DNA of 64,000 nucleotides from an uncultured Candidatus Saccharibacteria bacterium (GTDB lineage Bacteria; Patescibacteriota; Minisyncoccia; Phycocordibacterales; UBA9988): NCBI GenBank assembly GCA_964401135.1, contig CAYNXC010000002.1, positions 16,457 to 80,456 of the forward strand, read 5' to 3'. Shown piece by piece: positions 29,072 to 38,116 of this stretch (position 1 is its first letter; each line of letters starts with the position of its first letter). The notes under the pieces were generated by a model. It saw only the letters and a program-made list of their open reading frames with translations, ran no database searches and was not told where the DNA came from. The position numbers and the translations under genes were made by a program.

Positions 29072-29629
29072 ATGTCACCCACATATATCATTCTCGGGCT
29101 ACTTGCGGTCATTATCATCGCGATCGCTATTGTATACAACAGCCTAGTGCGGCTCGCAACGCGCACCAAGGAGGCCTGGGCCGACATTGAGGTCCAACTA
29201 AAACGACGCTACGACCTCATCCCTAATCTTGTCAGCACCGTGAAGGGCTACGCCTCACACGAGTCAGCCACTTTTGAGAAGGTGACGGAAGCGCGCACCA
29301 AGGCCATGAGCGCGCAGACGCCGGCCGAGCACGGCGCAGCAGAGAATATGCTCTCTGGCGCCCTTAAGAGCATATTTGCTCTCTCGGAGGCCTACCCCGA
29401 CTTGAAGGCGAACCAGAACTTCCTAGAGCTCCAACGCGAGCTTGCCGACACGGAGAACAAGGTCCAGGCGGCGCGCCGCTTCTATAATGGCAATGTGCGT
29501 GACCTCAACATCAAGATCGATTCTTTCCCTAGTAATCTGATTGCGGGGAGCTTTGGTTTTACCAAGCAGGAATTCTTTGATATTCCCGACAACGACGCGG
29601 CTCAACAGCCGGTGGAGGTAAAATTTTAA
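29072..29629 (+). CDS. lemA: LemA family protein
   Basis: 185 aa. N-terminal TM helix, then YNSLVRL...EAWADIEVQLKRRYDLIPNLV, typical LemA. Confidence 0.9.
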   Translation: MSPTYIILGLLAVIIIAIAIVYNSLVRLATRTKEAWADIEVQLKRRYDLIPNLVSTVKGYASHESATFEKVTEARTKAMSAQTPAEHGAAENMLSGALKSIFALSEAYPDLKANQNFLELQRELADTENKVQAARRFYNGNVRDLNIKIDSFPSNLIAGSFGFTKQEFFDIPDNDAAQQPVEVKF

Positions 29630-29631
29630 GT

Positions 29632-31539
29632 ATGGATGCGCGTAACACTCTTGTTACGCTTGCCGTCTCGGCTCTATCTCTGTGCGCATTTACTGTTTCT
29701 GCACAGGAGAACCGGCAGTACTGGTATAACGCAATAGATACGCGTATTGAAGTGAATGCCGACTCTACACTCTCGGTTGAAGAGCGGCAGAACTATCGCT
29801 ACGAAGGTGAGTACCATAAGGGCTGGCGCTCCATTGCTCTCAAAGACATTAGTTATATCTCTGAAGTTGAAGTCTATGACGGAGCGACAGGAAAAAAATT
29901 ACAATGGAGCTCATCAAGACTTGATAAGACGAATCCAAACAGCTGGGGGCATTACACCACATACAAAGGGAATGGCGCACAGGTAATTGAGTGGTACTAC
30001 AATCTACGCGACACTTCTCACATCTGGGTACTGCGCTACACTGTGCATGGAGCAATCACATTTGGAACGCAGTTTGACCGCCTCTACTACAACCTTTTTA
30101 CCGACTACGATGTGCCAGTACACACTGCGTCGGCAAGCATCATACTTCCGCAAGGACTCTCAAGCAGAGATGCACTCTACGCATACCGTGATGGAGTAAA
30201 TAAGTCTCTGATAAACAAATCTGTAGAGCAGACGGGCGCTTCCGATGTGTATGTCGTCAATGGAGCACTCTTTGATCCAGGAGCAGACTTTACCATTGAT
30301 CTCTCGTGGCAGAAGGGTTATGTGCTGCGGTCAGCGTTTTGGAAGGATTGGTTTGCCCACAATTATGGGTATGTACTCGGGAGTCTTATTGTGCTTTTCT
30401 CTATTCTCTACTGGATTGTCTACTTTGTGCGTAAGGAAGTGTTACCAAAGGGCCGCGGTACCATCATCCCACAGTATGAGCCACCGCGTGGCTTGCGTCC
30501 TGCGCTTGCCGAGCTTTTGATAAAAGAGGGGGTATCACGGCGAACTTGGCCAGCGACCATCGTTGATCTTGCTGTGCGGGGTTATGTGGAAATCAAAGAG
30601 GAAAAGGGGCGGACAATAGTAAAAAATATTTCTTTACTCATTATAGTGATAGCTCTAGCGGTGCTTGCTATCGCTAGTTTTAATCCCTTTTACTTTGTGA
30701 TGTTTGTAGTTGTTGCAATCTATTTTTTCAAAACAGGACTTAAATATAGCTCGCAGTACGAAGTTAAAGGCATAAAACCATATGAGACCGATATGCAATT
30801 AGAGTCGTATGAGCAATCATTTCTTAAAACACTTTTTTCTTTGAATGACGAAAATGTTTTTCGCACCAAAGATCTCACGAGTATGCACTTCAACACGGCT
30901 AAGTATGTGCAGTTTGGAGAAGATATGCAGAAACTCCCCCAAGTATTGAAAGACAGAGCAGGCCAAGAAGCATGGTTTGCCGTGGACTTTAAAAAAGAAG
31001 GGAAGGGTCAGGGGATTGGCTGGTTTCTTGTTTCTGCCGCCATTGTACTCACTATCTATTTTTGGAATTCCGATTTTGTGCAGATAGCGGAAATTGTCTC
31101 ATCCGTATTAATTCTTTGTGCGGCAATATTTTTCCTCGCCCCCTCCGAGGCACGGCTCTCGCAGGAGGGGAGGGAACTGCGTGAGGAGTGGCTTGGCTTT
31201 AAACTCTACTTGGAGACTGCCGAGCGCTATCGTCTGCAAAATCTTACTCCCGACTTGTTTGAAAAATTCTTGCCCTACGCTATTGTTTTTGGAATTGAGA
31301 AGAAGTGGGCCAAGGCCTTTGAGGGGATGCAGGTCCCACCACCCTCGTGGTACCATGGAGCCCTGGTTGCGGGGAGTATGGGGGATGGCGTATCTGGTGC
31401 GGGCTTCTCGGCAAGCGCGTTTAGCTCCAGCTTCTCGTCATCATTTGCAAGCGCCTTCTCATCCTCCGCGGGGAGTGGCGCCTCGGGAGGGGGCGGAGCT
31501 GGTGGTGGTGGGGGAGGTGGGGGTGGCGGCGCAAGTTAA
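29632..31539 (+). CDS. DUF2207-like membrane protein with Gly-rich C-terminus
   Basis: Signal peptide, extracellular domain, multiple TM helices and a C-terminal SGASGGGGAGGGGGGGGGGAS tail. The LemA-DUF2207 pairing is a common neighbourhood. Confidence 0.8.
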   Translation: MDARNTLVTLAVSALSLCAFTVSAQENRQYWYNAIDTRIEVNADSTLSVEERQNYRYEGEYHKGWRSIALKDISYISEVEVYDGATGKKLQWSSSRLDKTNPNSWGHYTTYKGNGAQVIEWYYNLRDTSHIWVLRYTVHGAITFGTQFDRLYYNLFTDYDVPVHTASASIILPQGLSSRDALYAYRDGVNKSLINKSVEQTGASDVYVVNGALFDPGADFTIDLSWQKGYVLRSAFWKDWFAHNYGYVLGSLIVLFSILYWIVYFVRKEVLPKGRGTIIPQYEPPRGLRPALAELLIKEGVSRRTWPATIVDLAVRGYVEIKEEKGRTIVKNISLLIIVIALAVLAIASFNPFYFVMFVVVAIYFFKTGLKYSSQYEVKGIKPYETDMQLESYEQSFLKTLFSLNDENVFRTKDLTSMHFNTAKYVQFGEDMQKLPQVLKDRAGQEAWFAVDFKKEGKGQGIGWFLVSAAIVLTIYFWNSDFVQIAEIVSSVLILCAAIFFLAPSEARLSQEGRELREEWLGFKLYLETAERYRLQNLTPDLFEKFLPYAIVFGIEKKWAKAFEGMQVPPPSWYHGALVAGSMGDGVSGAGFSASAFSSSFSSSFASAFSSSAGSGASGGGGAGGGGGGGGGGAS

Positions 31540-31544
31540 AACAT

Positions 31545-32429
31545 ATGTACAAATCATACGATAGCAATGTGCGGATGACCTGGCTCTTAATGACAGTATT
31601 CTTGCTCGTGGTGATAGGGATTGGCTTCTCTTTTGCACAAGTCTACGGTGATCCGGCAATCCTCTACGGCGCAGTACTCTTTGCGCTCATAATGAACTTT
31701 TTCTCATACTGGTACTCGGACAAAATTGTGCTCTCTATCTCTGGTGCGCGCCCCGCAGATAAAGAGACCTACTGGGATCTCTACACGGTGACAGAGAATC
31801 TTGCCATCACTGCCGGCATCCCAATGCCAAAGCTCTATGTGATCCCCGATGCGGCACCGAATGCCTTTGCAACAGGGCGTAATAAGGAGCACGCGGCGGT
31901 TGCGGTGACGGAGGGGCTCCTGGGGATACTCAATCGGAGCGAGTTGGAAGGTGTGATTGCCCACGAGCTCTCGCATATAAAAAATCGCGACATTCTCCTC
32001 TCCACGATTGTAGTGGTGCTTGTTGGCTTTGTCTCCATTCTCTCCGATATGTTTTTGCGTGGTGCGGTCTGGGGTGGGGGAGATAGAGAGAATCGCGCTG
32101 GTGGCATCTTGGTACTTGCTGGCTTGATACTTGCAATACTTTCTCCCATTGCAGTGACACTCATCCAACTTGCTGTCTCGCGTAAACGAGAGTTCCTCGC
32201 CGATGCCTCTGGTGCGCTCCTCACGCGCTACCCTGAAGGGCTCGCGAGTGCGCTTAAAAAAATATCCAGTTACCCTGGCGAGCTCAAGAGTGCGCGGCAG
32301 GCAACAGCACACCTCTACATCAGCAATCCTTTTAGGGGAAAGCATGTCGCAAAACTTTTTATGACCCATCCGCCGGTAGAAGAGCGTATCCGTGCACTCA
32401 TGGGACTTAAAACCGAGGCCGAAGTTTAG
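31545..32429 (+). CDS. htpX: Zinc metalloprotease HtpX (M48)
   Basis: HELSHIKNRD zinc motif and four TM segments. 294 aa. Confidence 0.92.
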   Translation: MYKSYDSNVRMTWLLMTVFLLVVIGIGFSFAQVYGDPAILYGAVLFALIMNFFSYWYSDKIVLSISGARPADKETYWDLYTVTENLAITAGIPMPKLYVIPDAAPNAFATGRNKEHAAVAVTEGLLGILNRSELEGVIAHELSHIKNRDILLSTIVVVLVGFVSILSDMFLRGAVWGGGDRENRAGGILVLAGLILAILSPIAVTLIQLAVSRKREFLADASGALLTRYPEGLASALKKISSYPGELKSARQATAHLYISNPFRGKHVAKLFMTHPPVEERIRALMGLKTEAEV

Positions 32430-32503
32430 CTTTGGGATGGTTGCGAGAGCATCAGATAAAAAGGTATAAAGGGGGAGAGGCGTTCAAACGCTTAATAAGC
32501 AAT

Positions 32504-32588
32504 GGAGGGGTCGCATAGAGGCCTAGTGCGCGCGCTTGGAAAGCGCGTAAGGGTTACACCTTCGAGGGTTCGAATCCCTCCCTCTCCG
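32504..32588 (+). tRNA. tRNA-Ser (GGA), class II with long variable arm
   Basis: Acceptor GGAGGGG/CCTCTCC (one G:U pair), anticodon stem CGCGC/GCGCG, loop TTGGAAA, long variable arm, T-loop TTCGAAT. Confidence 0.85.
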
Positions 32589-32666
32589 CACTAAGAACCT
32601 GGTAGTTTTGTGACCCAAGTACCTAAGGTTGTAGGGCGACCCAGGTACCTAGTAATTACCTGGAAA

Positions 32667-33911
32667 ATGCCCGACGAATATCGCAATCATCATTACGTAC
32701 CACAGTGGTACCAAAAGAAGTTCATGCTACCGAACGAGCATGAGTTATTTCACTTGGATTTAAAACCCGAGACGTTCACCGATCCTCGCGGCGTGGTTCA
32801 TACCAAGAAGCCATTACGGCGACAAGGTAGTAAAAAGTGTTTCGTCCAAGAGGATCTTTATACGACGAAGATTCAAGGTATCGAAACAAAGGATATAGAG
32901 AAATATTTCTTCGGCGATATTGATACCAAAGGTCGTCCTGCTGTCGAATATTTCGAGGGGTTTGATTATCCCCTTAAACCCTGGGGTGAATCACTTCAGG
33001 ACATCATGCGTTACATGAGTACACAGAAGCTCAGGACTCCGAAAGGTCTATCATTTCTTAGCGAGAAAATTGGAAGTAAGGATAAGGACGCGATTCTACG
33101 CAATATGATCCGAGTGCGTAATGTTCATGCCGCTATTTGGATGGAATGCGTCTGGCTTATTGCAGACGCTTCACAGTCGGAGACTAAATTCATCATCTCA
33201 GACCATCCCGTTACTGTTTATAATCGTGAATGCGGTCCTCGATCCAGTTACTGTCGAGACTCAAATGACCCCGAGATATGGCTTCAAGGTACGCATACAA
33301 TTTTTCCACTTTCCATAGATAAGGTTCTCATTCTCACAAATTTATCCTGGGTGCGGAATCCATATCAATCCGCAACCAATCTACGACCGAATCCAAATCC
33401 ATACCGCAATGCGATATTCAAATTTACTGACGTTCAGGTTCGACGACAATTAAGTGAACAAGAGGTACGAGAAATCAATTTCATCATAAAAAGCCGAGCT
33501 TCCCGATATGTAGCCGCAGCCAAAGAAGAATGGCTTTACCCAGAAAGACATGTATCCAAATCAGATTGGAACAAATACGGTCATGGATATCTTTTGATGC
33601 CCGATCCTCGCGCTATTCATTGGGGAGGAACCATAATGTGGGGCGGTGGCCCAGGCGGTCCAGGTGCAATGGATGAATATGGAAGACTGCCCGGAGATCC
33701 TGATTTTGAAGCAGAGACAACCAAAGGTAAGGAGTACCAAACGCTCCCTTGGTTTCAGGGAGAATTTGCAAAGCTGTTCGGTCCTTATCGCCGAGGCCGT
33801 TGTATGCAACATATTGAAATTGAAAAGGAACGGGACGATGATGAATTTCACCAGTACCATCTCGGTCTTCAGAAAAAGAGCTATAAGGAACGACACGGCA
33901 AGAAGAAATAG
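32667..33911 (+). CDS. DUF4238 domain-containing protein (candidate anti-phage protein)
   Basis: The N-terminal motif NHHYVPQWYQKKF matches the hallmark HxVPQxYLxxF start of DUF4238. The ORF-track GTG start at 32610 is less likely than the ATG at 32667. Confidence 0.7.
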   Translation: MPDEYRNHHYVPQWYQKKFMLPNEHELFHLDLKPETFTDPRGVVHTKKPLRRQGSKKCFVQEDLYTTKIQGIETKDIEKYFFGDIDTKGRPAVEYFEGFDYPLKPWGESLQDIMRYMSTQKLRTPKGLSFLSEKIGSKDKDAILRNMIRVRNVHAAIWMECVWLIADASQSETKFIISDHPVTVYNRECGPRSSYCRDSNDPEIWLQGTHTIFPLSIDKVLILTNLSWVRNPYQSATNLRPNPNPYRNAIFKFTDVQVRRQLSEQEVREINFIIKSRASRYVAAAKEEWLYPERHVSKSDWNKYGHGYLLMPDPRAIHWGGTIMWGGGPGGPGAMDEYGRLPGDPDFEAETTKGKEYQTLPWFQGEFAKLFGPYRRGRCMQHIEIEKERDDDEFHQYHLGLQKKSYKERHGKKK

Positions 33912-33914
33912 TTT

Positions 33915-35225
33915 TTAGTTGGAGTCCTCTGTAAGCAGAGTAATCTTCTTATCGTTCAGCACCAATCTGCTTCTTAGATGACCCATCAGTTCACGCTTCT
34001 CAAGCGGTGTACCCTCGCGGAGTACGTATTTTGCATATTCCTTTGTCGCAATATCGTCTTCATCGATCTGCATCTTGGGCTTGCCTTTGACCGCAAGTCT
34101 CTGCAATCTATTGAATCGCTTAATTTCTTCTTCGAGCTTCATCCGCATGCCAAGCTCGTTCATGGTGAGCTTGTCGATAATCTTGAATAGTTCCTCGACG
34201 AGTTCTTCCTCGCGGATATATTTGTTCTTGCAGTTCCTGTCTCTCGCTTTCGAGCAAGAGTAGTAGACGTACTTTGCATTCGTGCCATCTTTGAGCAGTT
34301 TGTATTTCTCCTGCGCCGTGATGCCCGATCCGCACATGCCACAGGTAAATAATTTGGTGAAGGCAAACTCTCTGTTCTCGCGCACAACTTTGTCGCGCTT
34401 CAATTGCTCCTGCACTTTCTTGAATAATTCCTCGCTGATTAGCGGCTCATGTGTTCCTTGATACCAGTTGCCGCTGTTCTTTGGATACTCGAATGGTCCG
34501 TAATAAATGGGCATCTGGAGCATGCGATATACACCAGAGAGTGTGAGTGGCTTGTTACCTCGCGTATAGAAGTTAAGCTCGAAACGGAGCCAGTTGTACA
34601 CTTTTCTACCGCTCCACAAATCGTATGCCACTTTTTCAAACATCTGCTTCACGATCGGTGCACGTTGCGGATCAATAACGATACGGCATTTCTTTTCTAT
34701 CAATTTCTGGTTGAGATATCCGAGCGGCGCCATGCCCGGCCACAACCCCATCTCCACTCTCGTTCTCAAACCTCGCTTCACGTTGATGCCCCGGTTGTCG
34801 TTCTCGAGCTTCGCCTGCGATCCAAGGATCATGAGGAGGAATTTTTCATTCGGATTATTAGTAAACTTTTGTCCGTAGGTGCGTATTTCCTTGAGCTTTC
34901 CAACGTCCATAAGATCGATCACTTTGCCGAGGTCGCCTGCGTTACGGCTGATGCGATCCGGCGCCCATGTGAGGATACCGTTGTATTTGTCATCCCTAAT
35001 TTCTTCGATGATCTCGTTAAATACAGGGCGCTGGCCAGTCTCCTTGGCGGAGTGAGATTCTCGCTTCATTGTCACAACTTCCAAATTTTCTCGCTCTGCT
35101 AGCTGGAGCATCTCCTTGATCTGGGAATCGATAGAAAGCGCCTGTCGTTCCTCCGCTTCGCTCGACTTGCGGGCATACAGGCAATATCTGATTGGTTTCT
35201 GTTCCTTTACGGTTGCGTTTTCCAT
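33915..35225 (-). CDS. Large serine recombinase (resolvase domain + recombinase domain + zinc ribbon)
   Basis: YCLYARKSSEAEERQALSIDSQ (catalytic Ser region), the central recombinase domain (GMAPLGY) and the Zn ribbon FTCGMCGS...YYSC. 436 aa. Confidence 0.9.
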   Translation of the reverse strand: MENATVKEQKPIRYCLYARKSSEAEERQALSIDSQIKEMLQLAERENLEVVTMKRESHSAKETGQRPVFNEIIEEIRDDKYNGILTWAPDRISRNAGDLGKVIDLMDVGKLKEIRTYGQKFTNNPNEKFLLMILGSQAKLENDNRGINVKRGLRTRVEMGLWPGMAPLGYLNQKLIEKKCRIVIDPQRAPIVKQMFEKVAYDLWSGRKVYNWLRFELNFYTRGNKPLTLSGVYRMLQMPIYYGPFEYPKNSGNWYQGTHEPLISEELFKKVQEQLKRDKVVRENREFAFTKLFTCGMCGSGITAQEKYKLLKDGTNAKYVYYSCSKARDRNCKNKYIREEELVEELFKIIDKLTMNELGMRMKLEEEIKRFNRLQRLAVKGKPKMQIDEDDIATKEYAKYVLREGTPLEKRELMGHLRSRLVLNDKKITLLTEDSN

Positions 35226-35349
35226 GCATACACGAACATACCGGATACGGGTACGAAGTCTAGCCGCATACGAAACACAGAGCAGAAGCGGGAGGAAGTC
35301 AACTACACAAAAATCCCGAGGGAAGCTAAGGTCTTTTAGGGGGTGAGAA

Positions 35350-35562
35350 TTAAAAACTAATGAGATTGTTCACTTTAAGCCCTAGTGCTTTGGCGATCTT
35401 CTCCATGTTGGTGAGTGTAATGTTTTTCTCGGCACGTTCAATCATACCGATGTATGTCCTGTGGACTTTAGCCAACTGCCCTAAGCGCTCTTGAGAAATA
35501 TCGCGTTTCAGTCGTTCTTCTCGGACTCTTTTGCCAAATTGTATGAGAATAGTCTTGTTCAT
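35350..35562 (-). CDS. XRE-family helix-turn-helix transcriptional regulator
   Basis: 70 aa. FGKRVREERLKRDISQERLGQLAKVHRTYIGMIERAEKN is a classic HTH_3. Confidence 0.85.
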   Translation of the reverse strand: MNKTILIQFGKRVREERLKRDISQERLGQLAKVHRTYIGMIERAEKNITLTNMEKIAKALGLKVNNLISF

Positions 35563-35661
35563 CTACACCGTTAAGTGTAGGAATTTGCTAACTTTGGTTC
35601 TATATACTATAGTTAGCATATATTCTTGAGAATTTTCATTGCAAAATTCTCGGGGGGGGGG
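35563..35661. promoter_or_regulatory. Divergent control region with three inverted repeats and a G10 homopolymer
   Basis: Three inverted repeats: CTACAC-n6-GTGTAG (35563-35580), TGCTAACT-n17-AGTTAGCA (35586-35618) and GAGAATTTT-n6-AAAATTCTC (35628-35651). G10 is at 35652-35661. Confidence 0.45.
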
Positions 35662-36514
35662 TAAAATTGAGAACAATATTCATGAATAAAATCTTTAAAA
35701 GACTACTCGTATTTGCGGTACTATTTGCTCTTACTTCTTCGAATGTTTTTGCTGCAACTAAAACCTGGGACTTTTCCACTTCGTCGGACTACACTTTTGA
35801 TACTACTAAAATTGAAGTCATAGGAGGACAAGCACAATTGAAAGCTACAACAACTCCTGCTTGGTATGACACCAGTTGGAAATATAGAAAGAAAATATCA
35901 ATTGACCATACAAAAATATCGTCAGATTTAACAGATTTTCCTGTTCTCGTTAATCAAACTTCTGACTCAGACTTGGCAGCCAAAGCGTTAACGTCAGGTA
36001 ACGATATATTTTTCACTTCATCTGATGGAGTTACAAAACTAAGCCACGAAATAGAGACATATGCATCAACAACAGGAGCTTTAGCTGCATGGATTAAAGT
36101 TCCTACAGTATCCTCTTCTGTAGATACTGATGTTTATATGTATTATGGTAATGCTGCAGCTTCTGCTCAAGCGAATGCAAATGGAGTATGGGATAGTAAT
36201 TCAATTGTTGTTCAACATCTTAATGCTACTACTAGCCCAGCACTAGACTCAACATCTAATGCGAATAGTGGAGTTCAGTCTGGAGGAGTTACTTTCAGTG
36301 CAACAGGCAAGATAGGTAATGCTGTGAGCATGGACGGTGTTAATGACAAACTATCCTTAACAAGTAATAGTGGCTTAAACGCAACAGGCACCCTAAGTAT
36401 TAGTGCATGGGTAAATAGAACTGCATCGGGCAAGATGAGGGTAGTTGCAAAAACAGTTACTACTGGAACAACTGACAACCCATATGATTTTGGTATAAAT
36501 ACGGATAATACACT

Positions 36515-36522
36515 TTATTTAA
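36515..36522. repeat. Target-site duplication TTATTTAA (left copy)
   Basis: Identical 8-mer directly abutting both transposon ends (the right copy is at 39496-39503). Confidence 0.85.
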
Positions 36523-36545
36523 GGGAACTATATACAATGTTACCC
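36523..36545. repeat. Left terminal inverted repeat GGGAACTATATACAATGTTACCC
   Basis: Matches the reverse complement of 39473-39495 at 21 of 23 positions. Confidence 0.88.
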
Positions 36546-36551
36546 TAAAAA

Positions 36552-37085
36552 TTAATTAGATTTTGGTTTGTCTAAATCTTCCAAAGAAAAGCCCAGGTCA
36601 GGAAAAATAAGATTTCTTAGATAAATACTCCCTGCAAAAAGAACGGTATTAATATCAACTCCAGACTGGAAAGCCCCTTGTTTGAGTGATTCTACAACAT
36701 CAGGACAATGTATTGGTAACTCCATCATTATCTCGGATATTACTTTCTCTGCATCATAAGGATTAGTCGTATTTTTACTTTGAACTAATTTTAGAAGTTC
36801 GTCTTTTTTTGCGTCAATAATTTCTTTAATTCCGCTATCATCTAAGATAGCTTGCCCTCTTGAGTTTAATTGTCGTGGAGAATTAGCAGGTGCAATTTTG
36901 TCTTTCCATAGAATATCCAGTTTAGGGAACATATCTGCCACTTTGGGTTTAATGTCTTTAATATCTTCCAGCATAAAATTTGTTCTTTCATCAATCCTCG
37001 CAATCAATTCACGAGTATTACCCAACAGGATAGCAGAAATCCAGTTACCTGCTTTTTTGGCTAAATTAAGGGCTTGTTGTTCCAT
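36552..37085 (-). CDS. Hypothetical protein (177 aa), transposon passenger of unknown function
   Basis: Intact ORF inside the transposon, divergent from the transposase. I recognise no motif. AT-richer than the rest of the element. Confidence 0.6.
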   Translation of the reverse strand: MEQQALNLAKKAGNWISAILLGNTRELIARIDERTNFMLEDIKDIKPKVADMFPKLDILWKDKIAPANSPRQLNSRGQAILDDSGIKEIIDAKKDELLKLVQSKNTTNPYDAEKVISEIMMELPIHCPDVVESLKQGAFQSGVDINTVLFAGSIYLRNLIFPDLGFSLEDLDKPKSN

Positions 37086-37197
37086 AGGATTATTACATTA
37101 CTAGTATATCAAAACGGCTGTTGCAAGTTAATACTAGTCAAAAAGTTACCCCCAATTATTACTTGACAACCCTATTGTGATCGTATAAGCTATAGGT

Positions 37198-38115
37198 ATG
37201 GATAGCCGATACAAAACCTTGGTAGAGTTCCTCGCCCACTTTAAGGATGAGGAAACCTGTCAAAAATACTTTGAGCAAATCCGCTTCTCCCAAGGCGAGT
37301 ATTGCCCTCATTGTAACCACAGTAAAATCAACCGCTTTTCAGACGGCAAACGCTTTCGCTGTGCTAAGTGCAAAAAGGACTTCACTATTAAGACCAAGAC
37401 CGTCTTTGGCGAAAGCAAAATCTCAATGCAGAAATGGTTTGTCGCAATTTACCTTTTGTCCGTCAATAAGAAAGGCATTAGCTCTATTAACCTAGCCGAG
37501 CAAGTGGGCGTTACTCAAAAGACCGCGTGGTTTATGGATCATCGTATTCGTAAAGCCTTGAAACAAAATAGCGGTCAGTTGTTTGGCACAGTAGAAATAG
37601 ACGAAACCTATATCGGCGGCAAGGAAAAGAACAAGCACGCCCACAAGCGAACCAAGCGCACCCAAGGCCGAAACACTTTGACCAAAACCCCTGTAATGGG
37701 AATGATACAGCGAGGCGGTGCAATGAAAGCCAAAGTGATAGATAATGTAAAGATGCGAACCTTGGAAAGTCTGATTATTGAAAATGTAAAAATTGGGACA
37801 CAGCTCTACACAGACGAGTTTTTGTCTTACTCCAAAATCGGCAGTCTCTTTGCTCACGAGGCCGTGTCACACGGCAAAGGCCAGTATGTAAAAGGTGATA
37901 GCCACTCCAACACCGCCGAGAGTTTTTGGGCATTGTTTAAGCGTGGCTACTACGGCACTTACCACAACATGAGTAAGAAGCATTTGCAGAAGTATGTGGA
38001 CGAGTTCGTGTATCGCTTTAACAACCGAGCCGTGGAGCTAGCCGATGTATTCACTGATGTCGTGGCGAATGTAGCGGGTAGCGAGAAGCTGGCTTATAAG
38101 ACTCTTACCGCTTAA
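37198..38115 (+). CDS. IS1595-family transposase (N-terminal zinc ribbon + ISXO2-like DDE domain)
   Basis: CPHCNH...RFRCAKCKKDFTIKTKTVF, then KWFVAIYLL...KGISS..LA..VGVTQKTAWFM.HRIR and VEIDETYIGGKEKNKH. Confidence 0.92.
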   Translation: MDSRYKTLVEFLAHFKDEETCQKYFEQIRFSQGEYCPHCNHSKINRFSDGKRFRCAKCKKDFTIKTKTVFGESKISMQKWFVAIYLLSVNKKGISSINLAEQVGVTQKTAWFMDHRIRKALKQNSGQLFGTVEIDETYIGGKEKNKHAHKRTKRTQGRNTLTKTPVMGMIQRGGAMKAKVIDNVKMRTLESLIIENVKIGTQLYTDEFLSYSKIGSLFAHEAVSHGKGQYVKGDSHSNTAESFWALFKRGYYGTYHNMSKKHLQKYVDEFVYRFNNRAVELADVFTDVVANVAGSEKLAYKTLTA

Positions 38116-38116
38116 T

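Larger units (their letters stand above)
35682..36548 (+). pseudogene. 5' fragment of DUF2341/LamG surface-protein gene, interrupted by the IS1595-family transposon
   Basis: Signal peptide, DUF2341 hallmark (SWKYRKKISIDHTK...DFPVLV...YMYYGN) and the beginning of a LamG domain. The frame runs into IRL and stops at 36546-36548. Confidence 0.8.

Noticed and set aside
31704-32369. 221-aa and 129-aa minus-strand ORFs.
   Set aside because: They are antisense to htpX, which has the HExxH motif and TM topology.
37120-37153. Internal GTTACCC match to the IR tip upstream of the transposase, suggesting an older inner IS end that would exclude the 177-aa gene.
   Set aside because: Only about 7-10 nt match, which is too short to distinguish from chance. 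The TSD and ORF restoration fit the outer IRL at 36523.
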